Virus record (IMG/VR): IMGVR_UViG_3300045974_000549 | Span: 3,499 to 67,498 of that record | Strand: one strand, 5' to 3' | Source of the DNA: a virus | DNA: 64,000 nt | Translations under genes and position numbers: made by a program | Shown: positions 11,401-20,032 of the stretch, in pieces | Layout: each line of letters begins with the position of its first letter | Numbering within the stretch: position 1 is the first letter of the stretch | The notes under the pieces: model-generated | Database searches by the model: none | What the model was told of the DNA's origin: nothing | The model's input: the letters and a program-made list of their open reading frames with translations, nothing else

Positions 11401-11671
11401 TGCCGGATTCTCGGTAACACAAGATTCTTCGGAAAAAGTTACTATGAACATTGTTGGGGATGTGTCAGAAACTCCAACAGGGTCTATCAATGGGGTAAAC
11501 ACTCAGTTTACACTAGCCCATACACCAATTTCTAAAGTAGCTACTAAAGTATCAGTTAATGGATTATATATTAAAAACTCTACGTGGACACTTAGTGGAA
11601 GCGTAATTACTCTGGGTTTTGCACCAGCGGCAGGATCAGATATAGAAGTGAATTATGCGTATAGTTCATAA
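8426..11671 (+). CDS. Large modular tail fibre / baseplate-anchored protein
   Basis: N-terminal anchor 'VFTNIGVAKAQEA' and 'HNTSPNAH' collar motif; repeated beta domains; two C-terminal 'GxxxGVNxxFT' domains. Confidence 0.8.
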   Translation: MAISGVFTNIGVAKAQEAQSNQGFKIYPTDFSVSDVAGTLDPARTTPNVEWFSAPISSRVVIDSNTIKFICTIPPGAMGVSRTVREIYIKGVDSLSVPFIFVIGQPSSPIEYNPSGSLTLELQIALTNADLSSIINFQFTQATEIAEHNTSPNAHSEIVAAINKAGIYYNQGAGPEPFKYRGQSFDEKAEWDGVKATAAYSGVTWTADHQGTDGNAIVLLFDGVKTTDQVRAAWNNTNPFNSVSHNGTGSEIHASNSLSLSGGTLLVSNKDAVYKDVDGIYKRAIADGTIRSKVIGFADFDTPIKRIVRTSGFITKTTTGFVAGDNIFLSSTTPGAITGVSTSVQMGFVVSTDLVLIGTGGGSSGAAADFDAIVSNSLGFKRYSTTQLAITAAPDGGRILVDKLESIQTMIDTQNKRLDIYFNGPEAGWTKYLGTAEKQHISFSSVPTSGTWRIEWNSQQTTDLAWNASTTAIANAINLLSGPGLPVTVTGSYAAGFDIEWSSLLDVPQITFNHAGTNQIERVAFSDTPDNGTARFSYNGNETHNLAWNDDAALFSVYLNETTGINNVGVSGSFGLKYFDIEWSGIDGKSPRSTLANVADTLTKGVTPVTVGITVTQQGVYPASNLKASATPIAITVQTLVGGSVVGPGTCIQVTKDYTRFVGLGLMQNFDTGIDLNGHIGVDVEMEFNNTVLPISNTGLIPGRDYHTEKSFGITQQKLHTVGTWGDHATLWDAVAAADVGDKIVVMSDQTLTTNQTINKELEIIFTHGAQINCPVHLSGALITLGTRVRTRYMKLVVTGTGSFDTGFLLTGSRGYHEDLTLELSHVATIMTNCFELGSGAMAIYCHGMMAWGSATFTNGILNTSNYASHDIVIRDVDSGRIYSAVGTYSPKLEQASGVVDGVNAVFTTTAIPVDAMSTLVMVDSLPRFPGIHYNFVGNVITFTAGNEPPPGEDVWVWYLINGVSFITNPKHFEVQDHGVTVTYNTRYLNFGAGFSVTQDSSEKVTMNIVGDVSETPTGSINGVNTQFTLAHTPISKVATKVSVNGLYIKNSTWTLSGSVITLGFAPAAGSDIEVNYAYSS

Positions 11672-11776
11672 TACAAATGCCTTACTGCGTTTTCCAAGTA
11701 ACGGCGTTTTAATACTATCCTACCAGACCAAAGTCCAGTGCCAAACATGCAATCAAAGCAGTTTTAGGAGATTACA

Positions 11777-12586
11777 ATGAGCCAAGGAAGAATTCAAGAT
11801 GCCGATATTAAAACCTCAGCTGAAGCTGGTGGTGATAGTAGAGTACCACATGATACAAAAGTTTATGTTACTAGTGAGTCTAAACTTTTATCCGATGCTC
11901 TAGCTGATGGTACAGTAGCTAAAGGTACTATTCCATTTGTTTTGACTACTCAAAGTTCAACACCTGCTGCTCCAGCTGCAGGCAAAGTAAAAGTGTATGC
12001 AAAAACTGATGGTAGAGTGTACGTACTTAATTCTTCTGGAGTAGAAACCGAACTCGGATTGGAAGAAGGATTTACACCAGAGAACATTGCTAATAAAACC
12101 ACTGATGGGACTTTTGCTGCAAACAGTGATACTTTATACCCAAGCGAAAAAGCAGCAAAAACATACTCAGACACCAAAGTACCACTTAATTATTTAGATA
12201 CTGACACCGCACTTACTGCAAATTCAGATTCAAAACTTGCTACCCAAAAGGCAGCAAAAACTTATGTAGACGTTAGATCTACTCCGACTGAATACAACGC
12301 TGGTAACAGTAACACTGCACTTGCTATTAACTGGAATAACGGAGCGGTACAACATGTATCAATGACTGGAAATTGTACATTCTCTTTTAGTAACCCAGTG
12401 GTTGGATCAGTTTATGTGATGAGACTAGTACAAGACGCTATTGGTGCTCGTACTTATGCATGGCCTGGTAACGTTAAATGGCCTGCAGGTGTTGGTCCTA
12501 CTGGGTCTGCAGCTAACAAAATTGATTTAGTTAACTTTTATTACGATGGCACCTATTATTATGGGTGTTACACAACAAATTATTAA
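11777..12586 (+). CDS. Short tail fibre protein
   Basis: AGGAG RBS; 'NSDTLYPSEKAAKTY' shaft repeats; C-terminal 'LVQDAIGARTYAWP..KWP' domain shared with 12976..15108. Confidence 0.7.
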   Translation: MSQGRIQDADIKTSAEAGGDSRVPHDTKVYVTSESKLLSDALADGTVAKGTIPFVLTTQSSTPAAPAAGKVKVYAKTDGRVYVLNSSGVETELGLEEGFTPENIANKTTDGTFAANSDTLYPSEKAAKTYSDTKVPLNYLDTDTALTANSDSKLATQKAAKTYVDVRSTPTEYNAGNSNTALAINWNNGAVQHVSMTGNCTFSFSNPVVGSVYVMRLVQDAIGARTYAWPGNVKWPAGVGPTGSAANKIDLVNFYYDGTYYYGCYTTNY

Positions 12587-12599
12587 TCGGGGAGAATAA

Positions 12600-12974
12600 A
12601 TGGCTATTTTATCCTTTACTCAAAGTCTATCCAAAAATGCGGTAGCAGGAGTTCCACAGGCAATGTCCTTGGACACTGTTGCTCTTCTTGCGTTGGCAGC
12701 ATTTAGTGGCGACGGTTACTTTAGTAATCTTAGCAACGTGAACACCATTGAATTTAGCTGGCAACACCAAACTGTGGATGCTGGAAAAACTGCGCTTTTC
12801 ATGAATAATGGAAGCAATGTTTTTTATGTAAGGGATTTCCTTAAATTTCACGCAAAATCGCATGAAGGCTCTTGGTTGTTAAAAGCTATTATTCTTCACG
12901 ATTATGACGGTGTAGCCAAGGTGATTAAGGGTTCACAACTTCCAAACGATCTTGACATAACTTTAGGAGCATAA
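12600..12974 (+). CDS. Virion accessory protein (paralogue of 18993..19427)
   Basis: 'HEGSWLLKAIILHDYDG' versus 'HTGDWALQSIILTDWDG'. Confidence 0.6.
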   Translation: MAILSFTQSLSKNAVAGVPQAMSLDTVALLALAAFSGDGYFSNLSNVNTIEFSWQHQTVDAGKTALFMNNGSNVFYVRDFLKFHAKSHEGSWLLKAIILHDYDGVAKVIKGSQLPNDLDITLGA

Positions 12975-12975
12975 A

Positions 12976-15108
12976 ATGAAAGTATTCGGAGAATTAGAAA
13001 AAGCACAGTTAGAAAATGTAACAAGCGACGGATCTAATGACCCTAAAGGGATGATTAAATTTCGTTCGGATCTTAACAAAGCCAAAGTTTCCAACGGGTC
13101 TACTTATAAAAAACTTGCTGATGAAGATGATTTGGCAACAAAACAAAATTCTCTTGGTTATACCGCTGAAAACGCGGCAAACAAATCAGTCTCAGCGGCT
13201 ATTACAACTGACATTGCGTCCGATACTAAATATCCGACAGTAAAGGGTATGGCTGATTGGGCACAACAAAAACTAGGATTTACAGCAGAAAACACTGCAA
13301 ATAAAGACAATGACACTGCCCTTTCTGCAGATTCTACTACCCGTTATCCAACACAACACGCGGTAAAAGCGTATGCAGATACAAAACAACCAGCGTTGGG
13401 ATTTACTGCAGAAAACGCAGCAAATAAAGGTGCAGCTAACGGCTACGCTCCTTTGGATTCAAACCAAAAAATTCCAATTGCTAACATCCCAGAAGGAGCA
13501 TTGGAAAGACTTATTATTGTTGCCGACCAAGCAGCTAGATATGCATTGACTACAGCTACTGTTCACGAAGGTGATACAATTAAGCAGGTAGATACAGGTG
13601 TTCTTTATTACATCGTTGACCAAACCAAACTTAATCAAGCAGCAGGTTACGAAGTATACGCAGCTGGTACGGCAGCTGCAGTAGCATTTACTGGTATTAC
13701 TGGTAAACCTACTACGTTGTCCGGTTATGGAATTACTGATGCCGAAGCTACAGTAAATAAATCAACTAATGTTGCTACTGATGCAGCTTCAGATACCAAA
13801 TATCCTTCTGTAAAAGCAGTGAAAACTTACGCAGACACCAAACAAGCAGCTTTGGGGTATACCGCTGAAAACGCGGCAAACAAATCAACCGATGGAACAT
13901 TAGCTTCAAATAGCGATGTTTATTTCCCAACACAAAAAGCAGTCAAAACTTATGTGGACACAGGTTTAGGGGCAAAACAGGCTACTATAGCCTATACCAC
14001 TGAGAATGTAGCTAATAAAGATACTGATAATACACTTGCCGCAAATTCCGATACCAAATATCCATCGCAAAAAGCTATTAAATCCTATGTAGACACTGGA
14101 TTGGGAACAAAACAAGCGTCTCTTGGATTTACTGCAGAAAATAGTGCAAATAAAGGCGCGGCTAATGGGTATGCAGGTCTTGATTCAAACTCAAAAATTC
14201 CAATTGCAAATATTCCAGCTGGTGCTCTTGAACGGCTGGTAGTGGTAGCTAACCAAACGGCTAGATACGCACTTACTACTGCTACAGTACATAATGGTGA
14301 CACTGTAAAACAAACAGACACCGGAATTCTTTATTACATTGTGGACGAAACTCAATTGAGTGTGGCCGCTGGTTATGAGGTATACGCCGCTGGTACAGCT
14401 GCTGCTGTTGCATGGAGTGGCATTACTAGTAAACCCACCACTCTTAGTGGTTTCGGTATTACTGATGCCGAAGCTGTAGCGAACAAATCAACATCTACAA
14501 GCTTGGGCACATCAGACACTCTTTACCCGACACAAAATGCGGTTAAATCTTATGTAGATACGGGGCTTGGTACTAAGCAAGCTACAATAGCTTATACTAC
14601 CGAGAACGTAGCTAATAAATCAACTGACGGTACGTTGGCATCCAACTCTACCACTTTGTATCCTTCACAATCAGCAGTGAAAACTTATGCAGACACTAAA
14701 TTACCGTCTTCATATTTGAGCACTGACACTACGTTGGCATCAAACAGTGACGTTTTAATTCCTTCTCAAAAGGCAGTTAAAGCTTACATTGATGCAAGAT
14801 CTACTCCGGCAGAATTTAGTGCGGGTAGTAGTTCTACTGCAATTACTGTTAACTTTACAAACGGATCAGTACAAAAAGTTACCATGACTGGAAACTGTAC
14901 ATTTACATTAAGCAATCCAGTAGTGGGTTCAATGTACATTCTGAAATTGGTGCAAGATGCTACTGGTTCACGAACTTATACATGGCCTGCAGCAGTTAAA
15001 TGGTCAGGTGGTACTGCACCTACTGGCTCTGGTGCTAATAAAACTGATCTTATCAGCTTGTACTGGGATGGTACTAACTACTTCGGATCAGCTACACTTA
15101 ACTTCTAG
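12976..15108 (+). CDS. Long repeat-rich tail fibre
   Basis: Many ~40-aa 'KQxxLG(Y/F)TAENxANK...YPxxKAVKxY' repeats, 'KPTTLSGYGITDA' fibre motifs and a C-terminal tip domain. Confidence 0.85.
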   Translation: MKVFGELEKAQLENVTSDGSNDPKGMIKFRSDLNKAKVSNGSTYKKLADEDDLATKQNSLGYTAENAANKSVSAAITTDIASDTKYPTVKGMADWAQQKLGFTAENTANKDNDTALSADSTTRYPTQHAVKAYADTKQPALGFTAENAANKGAANGYAPLDSNQKIPIANIPEGALERLIIVADQAARYALTTATVHEGDTIKQVDTGVLYYIVDQTKLNQAAGYEVYAAGTAAAVAFTGITGKPTTLSGYGITDAEATVNKSTNVATDAASDTKYPSVKAVKTYADTKQAALGYTAENAANKSTDGTLASNSDVYFPTQKAVKTYVDTGLGAKQATIAYTTENVANKDTDNTLAANSDTKYPSQKAIKSYVDTGLGTKQASLGFTAENSANKGAANGYAGLDSNSKIPIANIPAGALERLVVVANQTARYALTTATVHNGDTVKQTDTGILYYIVDETQLSVAAGYEVYAAGTAAAVAWSGITSKPTTLSGFGITDAEAVANKSTSTSLGTSDTLYPTQNAVKSYVDTGLGTKQATIAYTTENVANKSTDGTLASNSTTLYPSQSAVKTYADTKLPSSYLSTDTTLASNSDVLIPSQKAVKAYIDARSTPAEFSAGSSSTAITVNFTNGSVQKVTMTGNCTFTLSNPVVGSMYILKLVQDATGSRTYTWPAAVKWSGGTAPTGSGANKTDLISLYWDGTNYFGSATLNF
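13384..14475 (+). repeat. Intragenic duplication of a ~122-aa module (13384-13749 and 14110-14475)
   Basis: 'KQPALGFTAEN...GITDAEA' and 'KQASLGFTAEN...GITDAEA' lie 726 nt apart. There is also an exact 30-nt repeat at 13159-13188 and 13858-13887. Confidence 0.9.
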
Positions 15109-15120
15109 TAGGAGACTTAA

Positions 15121-16011
15121 ATGGCTAATTTATTTAATCACATGGCTCTTAGAAACTGGGTACCCGCCAAGGGAGGCCCAGTCATATGGCCATTCGGACT
15201 AGCTGGTAGTTTAACAATTACCAACGGGCAGACGGTAACGCTTTCTGCCAATCAAGTAGTTGATTATCAAAACTTGACTATTAATGCTGGTGGAGTTCTC
15301 AATATCACTGGTGGTTGGGGTATTATTGGTGTTGCCGGAAATTTAATTAATAACGGAACAATCCAAAATATCAACAACAATTATTACGGTCAAACCCTTA
15401 CTGCCACTACACCTCTTGGACTTGGTTTATCATATACAATTGGATCACCTGCTGGTGGTTCGGGTGGTATAGCCGGACATAACTATGGTACTGCACCTAC
15501 TGGCCAATCTGCAGGGAATGGCGGTTGGGGTGGTCAATCATGGAACTACTATAGTTCTACTCTACCCATGTATGGTGCCGCTCCAGGTGGTGCTCGTGGA
15601 CTTACTGGTGGTGGTATTTATATAAGATGTAAAGGGACAATTTCAGGAAATGGTCACTTCTACGCTTATGGTAATGGTGGAGCTGGCGGTACTGTAGGAC
15701 AATATGGAGACTCATACGATTATGTAACTACTACATACAACTCATGTTCAGACCCAACTCAACATCACTCCACAAGGAGTAATGATGGTTCTGGATCAGG
15801 CGGAGGTGGTGCTGGTGGTCCTGGTGGATATGTTTATATCCAAGTGGCCACTGGTGGTATGGCTTCATGGACAGGCACTACAATAGTAACTGGTGGTGGT
15901 GGTGGAGCTGGTGGAGCTGCTAGTGGAGCATGGTTTGGTGGTTATTCTGGTGCTGCAGGAGCCAACGGTGGTGGTGGAGCTGGCGGTACATATACACTTT
16001 CTTACTTTTAA
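15121..16011 (+). CDS. Glycine-rich tail adhesin (gp38-like polyglycine sandwich)
   Basis: Many GGxGG runs with aromatic-rich loops; directly follows the long fibre; AGGAG RBS. Confidence 0.65.
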   Translation: MANLFNHMALRNWVPAKGGPVIWPFGLAGSLTITNGQTVTLSANQVVDYQNLTINAGGVLNITGGWGIIGVAGNLINNGTIQNINNNYYGQTLTATTPLGLGLSYTIGSPAGGSGGIAGHNYGTAPTGQSAGNGGWGGQSWNYYSSTLPMYGAAPGGARGLTGGGIYIRCKGTISGNGHFYAYGNGGAGGTVGQYGDSYDYVTTTYNSCSDPTQHHSTRSNDGSGSGGGGAGGPGGYVYIQVATGGMASWTGTTIVTGGGGGAGGAASGAWFGGYSGAAGANGGGGAGGTYTLSYF

Positions 16012-16027
16012 TTTTTAGGGGATAAAT

Positions 16028-16891
16028 ATGAGCAAACTGTTAATAATGAATAATAAAGTGGTAACTACTGTAAAAGAAGACAAAACTAAACAGTTTTCTT
16101 ATACTGGGTATTTATCTGAATATGATGTACAAACAGGAGTATTTACTGATAAATTAGCTCTTACCGATAGAGTAGCGTTTGGTGCGTGTTTTACTGGTGG
16201 TAAGCTTTATATAGGTAAAAACCAAGGAATAGAAGTTTACAACAGTTCTTATTCCTTGGTTGAGTCATTAGTCATACCACCAGAAATTCAAGCAAGAAAT
16301 TTGCATCAAATGGTTGAACATAATGGTAAAATCTATATTACAAATACCCCTTATGACTCAATTATAATTCTTGATTTAGCTACTAAAACTTTTACCGAGT
16401 TTAAAGTAACAAATTCAGGTTCTAATACCAAAAATGTAAACTCTATCTATTTTAAAGATGATTTAATGTATATAATGTGCCACAATAAGGGTCCTTCTGA
16501 AATAAGGGTTTATAACTCTTCCATGCAATTACAAAATACAATTGCAAATACTGGTGTGATGTCACACAATATTTGGGAGATGAATGGTGATATGTGGTAT
16601 TGTAATTCAATGGAACAAAAAATTCAATCGGTTGGTGGGTTATATAAGGTAATAGACATGCCAACTCTAATCCGTGGACAATCAATTGCAGATGGAAAAC
16701 TAATCCTTGGTAATACTACACTAAGGAATAACATACTTTTTCCGTTTAAATTTAGTACACAAGATGGATATGTAGAATTTGTTGGTCTTAGTATTCTTGA
16801 TGCAAGCACATTAGAGGTAATTTCTTCTATGCCTATTGCTGATAGAACTGGAGTTACCGAAATTGTTAATATACCAAGTGGTTGGAATTAA
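16028..16891 (+). CDS. Beta-propeller protein, paralogue 1 (DUF4915/aryl-sulfotransferase-like His motifs)
   Basis: Blade repeats; 'LHQM..NT', 'NVNSIY', 'MSHNIW', 'LIRGQ'. Confidence 0.55.
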   Translation: MSKLLIMNNKVVTTVKEDKTKQFSYTGYLSEYDVQTGVFTDKLALTDRVAFGACFTGGKLYIGKNQGIEVYNSSYSLVESLVIPPEIQARNLHQMVEHNGKIYITNTPYDSIIILDLATKTFTEFKVTNSGSNTKNVNSIYFKDDLMYIMCHNKGPSEIRVYNSSMQLQNTIANTGVMSHNIWEMNGDMWYCNSMEQKIQSVGGLYKVIDMPTLIRGQSIADGKLILGNTTLRNNILFPFKFSTQDGYVEFVGLSILDASTLEVISSMPIADRTGVTEIVNIPSGWN

Positions 16892-17751
16892 TGAATAGAG
16901 TCCTGATATCTAATAATACTCATGGTGTTGGTAAAGACAGTGGTAAACTTAATGGGTTTCTTACTGAATTTAATTTAGACACTATGACTTTAACTGATAA
17001 GTTAAATATTCCACACCCAAATGTGGCTTTTGGTATTTGTTTTTATAAAGATTTATTATATGTTGGTGTATACAAAGGATTAAACATATACAATAATAAA
17101 TATGAACTTGTACGCAGTGTTACTACTGAAGATTTTGTAATTGATGGTGTTCATCAAATGGTTGAACACCAAGACAAAATCTATATGGCTAATACAGCTA
17201 AAGATTCAATAGCTATATTTGATATAAAAACCGAATCATTCAGCGAATTCAAAATAACCGAAGAAAGTAAAGATACTAAACATGTTAATTCCATATATTT
17301 TGAAGACGACTTAATGTATGTAATGTGTCATAACAAGGCACCATCAGATATTTTTGTCTATAAAAACTTCAAATTTGAAAAAGCTTTTCACAGAACTGGT
17401 GTCATGTCGCATAATATATGGAAAATGAATGGTGACTTATGGTATAATAATTCTGTTGAACAAAAAATTCAATCAGTATCAGGAAAACGTATTGATTTTA
17501 ATATTGATAATGGATACGTTTCATTTTTGAGGGGACAAACGATTATTAACAACAAACTATTAATAGGATTATCATTTCATAGATATAACCCTTTAGTTAT
17601 ACCACGTAATAGATTTAGCACAATGGCCGATGAATTGGAAAAATCTATTGGTGGAGTTTGTGTAATGGACTTAGACTCTTTGAAAATAGAAAATGTTGTA
17701 CATGGTAGAAATACCGCTGAAATTATAAACATACCAGATAATTGGTCATAA
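16882..17751 (+). CDS. Beta-propeller protein, paralogue 2 (DUF4915/aryl-sulfotransferase-like His motifs)
   Basis: Collinear with the previous gene; 'VHQM..NT', 'HVNSIY', 'MSHNIW', 'FLRGQ', 'IGLS'. Confidence 0.55.
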   Translation: MELMNRVLISNNTHGVGKDSGKLNGFLTEFNLDTMTLTDKLNIPHPNVAFGICFYKDLLYVGVYKGLNIYNNKYELVRSVTTEDFVIDGVHQMVEHQDKIYMANTAKDSIAIFDIKTESFSEFKITEESKDTKHVNSIYFEDDLMYVMCHNKAPSDIFVYKNFKFEKAFHRTGVMSHNIWKMNGDLWYNNSVEQKIQSVSGKRIDFNIDNGYVSFLRGQTIINNKLLIGLSFHRYNPLVIPRNRFSTMADELEKSIGGVCVMDLDSLKIENVVHGRNTAEIINIPDNWS

Positions 17752-17764
17752 GGAGAATATTAAC

Positions 17765-18169
17765 ATGAAAGTAGCATTATTTATTGGAAGATGGCAACCT
17801 CTTCACAAAGGTCACGAATGGTTGTTTGAACAAAAATTGTCAAAAGGAATCCCAATCATGATCATGATTAGGGACGTACAGCCTGACGAGAACAACCCAT
17901 TAACGGTAAACCAAGTGTACACATTAATTAAAAAAAGATACGCAAATACTCCAAACGTTAGTGTATGTGTGTTTTTTGATATTGAATCTGTTAACTATGG
18001 TCGCGGAGTTGGATACGAAGTGAATGAGTTTGTACCTCCTTCTGATGTAGCTAACATTTCAGCTACACAAATTAGAACGGCAATTGCTGCTGGTGATCAA
18101 TCATGGAAAAATAGCGTAGATCCTTCTATTCAAGAAGATCTTGCTAAATTGTTGGTACCCACTCCATGA
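17765..18169 (+). CDS. HxGH nucleotidyltransferase (cytidylyltransferase-like; candidate minimal ATP sulfurylase)
   Basis: 'FIGRWQPLHKGH', 'NP', 'ISATQIR' motifs; ATGA-coupled to the APS kinase. Confidence 0.75.
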   Translation: MKVALFIGRWQPLHKGHEWLFEQKLSKGIPIMIMIRDVQPDENNPLTVNQVYTLIKKRYANTPNVSVCVFFDIESVNYGRGVGYEVNEFVPPSDVANISATQIRTAIAAGDQSWKNSVDPSIQEDLAKLLVPTP

Positions 18170-18600
18170 TAATTTGGTTAACCGGACAACCAGGTAGTGG
18201 TAAATCCACAATTGCGAATTTGATGAGTCTTGAGGACAGTAATGTGTTCTGTATAGACGGAGACGAACTTCGCAAAGTGCTTGGAAATCCTGGTTACGGG
18301 GAAGATGGAAGAAGACAAAACATTAAGAATGCGCAAAATATAGCTCTTTTTGCGCAGTCTAAGGGTTTCTTGGTAGTTGTATCCTTGATTGCCCCTTATA
18401 GGGATTTAAGGGAAGAGTTTAAAAAAAGAGCTGAAGTATGTGAAGTATATTTGCATACCGAAGATGTGCGCGGTAGGGAAAATTTCTTTGTAAAAGAGTA
18501 CGAACCGCCACTTGAAGATTTTCTTGACTTAGATACTGGTAAAATGTCCATCACAGAATGTGTGGACAAAATTAAAACTTTTGCAAACAAAGGGGATTAA
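18166..18600 (+). CDS. cysC: Adenylylsulfate (APS) kinase
   Basis: 'IIWLTGQPGSGKST', 'IDGDELR', 'R..NI', 'VVSLIAPYRDLR', 'YEPP' all match CysC; the lid region is shortened. Confidence 0.88.
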   Translation: MIIWLTGQPGSGKSTIANLMSLEDSNVFCIDGDELRKVLGNPGYGEDGRRQNIKNAQNIALFAQSKGFLVVVSLIAPYRDLREEFKKRAEVCEVYLHTEDVRGRENFFVKEYEPPLEDFLDLDTGKMSITECVDKIKTFANKGD

Positions 18601-18602
18601 TA

Positions 18603-18980
18603 ATGGCATCTACTACAACATCATATGGATATAAAATACCATCAAACTTAGACACTGGGGTTACTGTTTTCCCAGACTTAACATTTAATATTAACAGACA
18701 AAACTCACATAAACATGATGGGGCAGATTCTGCACCTCTTGATCCTTCAGCATTAGTACCTGTTACCCAATCAATATCTAATTCTAACTGGGTAGCTAGT
18801 GGATCAGGTTATACTCAAAACGTAGTTATGCCTTCTGGTATTACTTTTGACAACTGCATGAAAGAGTTTCATTTACCTGACGGAAGTATATTCTACCCAT
18901 CAATCGTTAAAACTGGTGCTGCAGCTTATGACATCTTCATTAACGATAGTACACTTACTGTAACCGCATTTTACAAATAA
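18603..18980 (+). CDS. Virion structural protein
   Basis: 'SYGYKIP', 'HKHDGADS' and 'W...YTQNV' patterns seen in phage tail accessory proteins. Confidence 0.55.
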   Translation: MASTTTSYGYKIPSNLDTGVTVFPDLTFNINRQNSHKHDGADSAPLDPSALVPVTQSISNSNWVASGSGYTQNVVMPSGITFDNCMKEFHLPDGSIFYPSIVKTGAAAYDIFINDSTLTVTAFYK

Positions 18981-18992
18981 TTAGGGGGTCAC

Positions 18993-19427
18993 ATGTCAAT
19001 TACATGGGGAGACCCCGCTTTTGTGTGGGGTGATTCAAACTTTGAGTGGTCACTAGCCGAATTGGTTACTGTAGCCAATATTTTGCCAAGATCAGACGGT
19101 ACACAAACTGTTGGAATGACTTGCAATATTGACCTAAGTATGCTTATTCCGGCAGTGGTAAACACCTATTTTGGTGATAAATCAAACATCCAAAGAGCAG
19201 CTTACACTTACAAACATGCGTTTTCTGATGCTACTAGAACCGCAATGTTTGAAAACGATGGTAGTAACAACTTCATTCAAAAGAATGAAGTTACGTTTTA
19301 CCTAACTTCTCATACTGGGGATTGGGCTTTACAAAGCATAATTCTTACAGACTGGGATGGACAAGATAGACTTCTTACTGGAGTTGATCTTCCAGCGGGA
19401 GTAGCCGCATTGGTGTTATACGCGTGA
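18993..19427 (+). CDS. Virion accessory protein (paralogue of 12600..12974)
   Basis: Shared C-terminal W-x-L-xx-IIL-x-D-(Y/W)-DG motif; N-terminal 'TWGD..FVWGD..FEW'. Confidence 0.6.
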   Translation: MSITWGDPAFVWGDSNFEWSLAELVTVANILPRSDGTQTVGMTCNIDLSMLIPAVVNTYFGDKSNIQRAAYTYKHAFSDATRTAMFENDGSNNFIQKNEVTFYLTSHTGDWALQSIILTDWDGQDRLLTGVDLPAGVAALVLYA

Positions 19428-19999
19428 ATCTTGTTACTGAATTTTTCAAAGAATTTTCTTCATGGATTGCTGCAGGAGCCACAGGTTTATGCCTGTGGTT
19501 CATTATTAGATTTATTGACAAAAATGATAAATTTGAAGAAAAACAAGAAACATTCAAAACTACTGTTAAAAAAGATATAGACGACGTATCAAAATCTTTT
19601 AAAGATTCACTAGAAATAGTGGAAAGACTAGCAAAGTCGATTAAAGATGATTCTGCATCAATTAAACTAACTAATCTAGACTTTCAGTCAAAAATTGCAA
19701 ATGAACTTCTTAATATTAAAAGAGAAATGTTAGTTATAAACAGCAGCATGGACACTACTACTGCTAAGGCTAACCATATAAGTGAACAATTCTCTAAAAC
19801 CGCTGCGAACGTAGAACAGTTACATATACACTTAGGGAAATTGCAAGAGATATTGTCTGCTCATCACAAGTCACTTTCTGCTGGTGCTCAAGCTTTTCAG
19901 CACACCAGGCAAGAAATTGACCACATTAAATCTACAGTGACGAGGCTTAATGATAATATGATTCTTATTCACAGTGAAAAAGAGAAAAAGAAACAATAA
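19424..19999 (+). CDS. Membrane-anchored coiled-coil protein (holin-like?)
   Basis: One N-terminal TM segment followed by a long heptad-rich region; start of the lysis-like cluster. Confidence 0.5.
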   Translation: MNLVTEFFKEFSSWIAAGATGLCLWFIIRFIDKNDKFEEKQETFKTTVKKDIDDVSKSFKDSLEIVERLAKSIKDDSASIKLTNLDFQSKIANELLNIKREMLVINSSMDTTTAKANHISEQFSKTAANVEQLHIHLGKLQEILSAHHKSLSAGAQAFQHTRQEIDHIKSTVTRLNDNMILIHSEKEKKKQ

Positions 20000-20032
20000 C
20001 CGTGACTGTGAAAACAGCACAAAGGAGAAAAT

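Noticed and set aside
11672-11776. CGTTT(T)AA as a phage-sigma late promoter motif (similar strings near 52985 and 59305)
   Set aside because: Too short, inconsistent spacing, and also found inside coding sequence; unsupported without motif statistics.
11777-15108. Diversity-generating retroelement (paralogous fibre C-termini as TR/VR)
   Set aside because: Both copies are coding, differences are not confined to adenines, and no reverse transcriptase is in the window.
12976-15108. CRISPR-like array from periodic repeats
   Set aside because: The repeats are in-frame protein repeats with synonymous divergence, not identical repeats with unique spacers.
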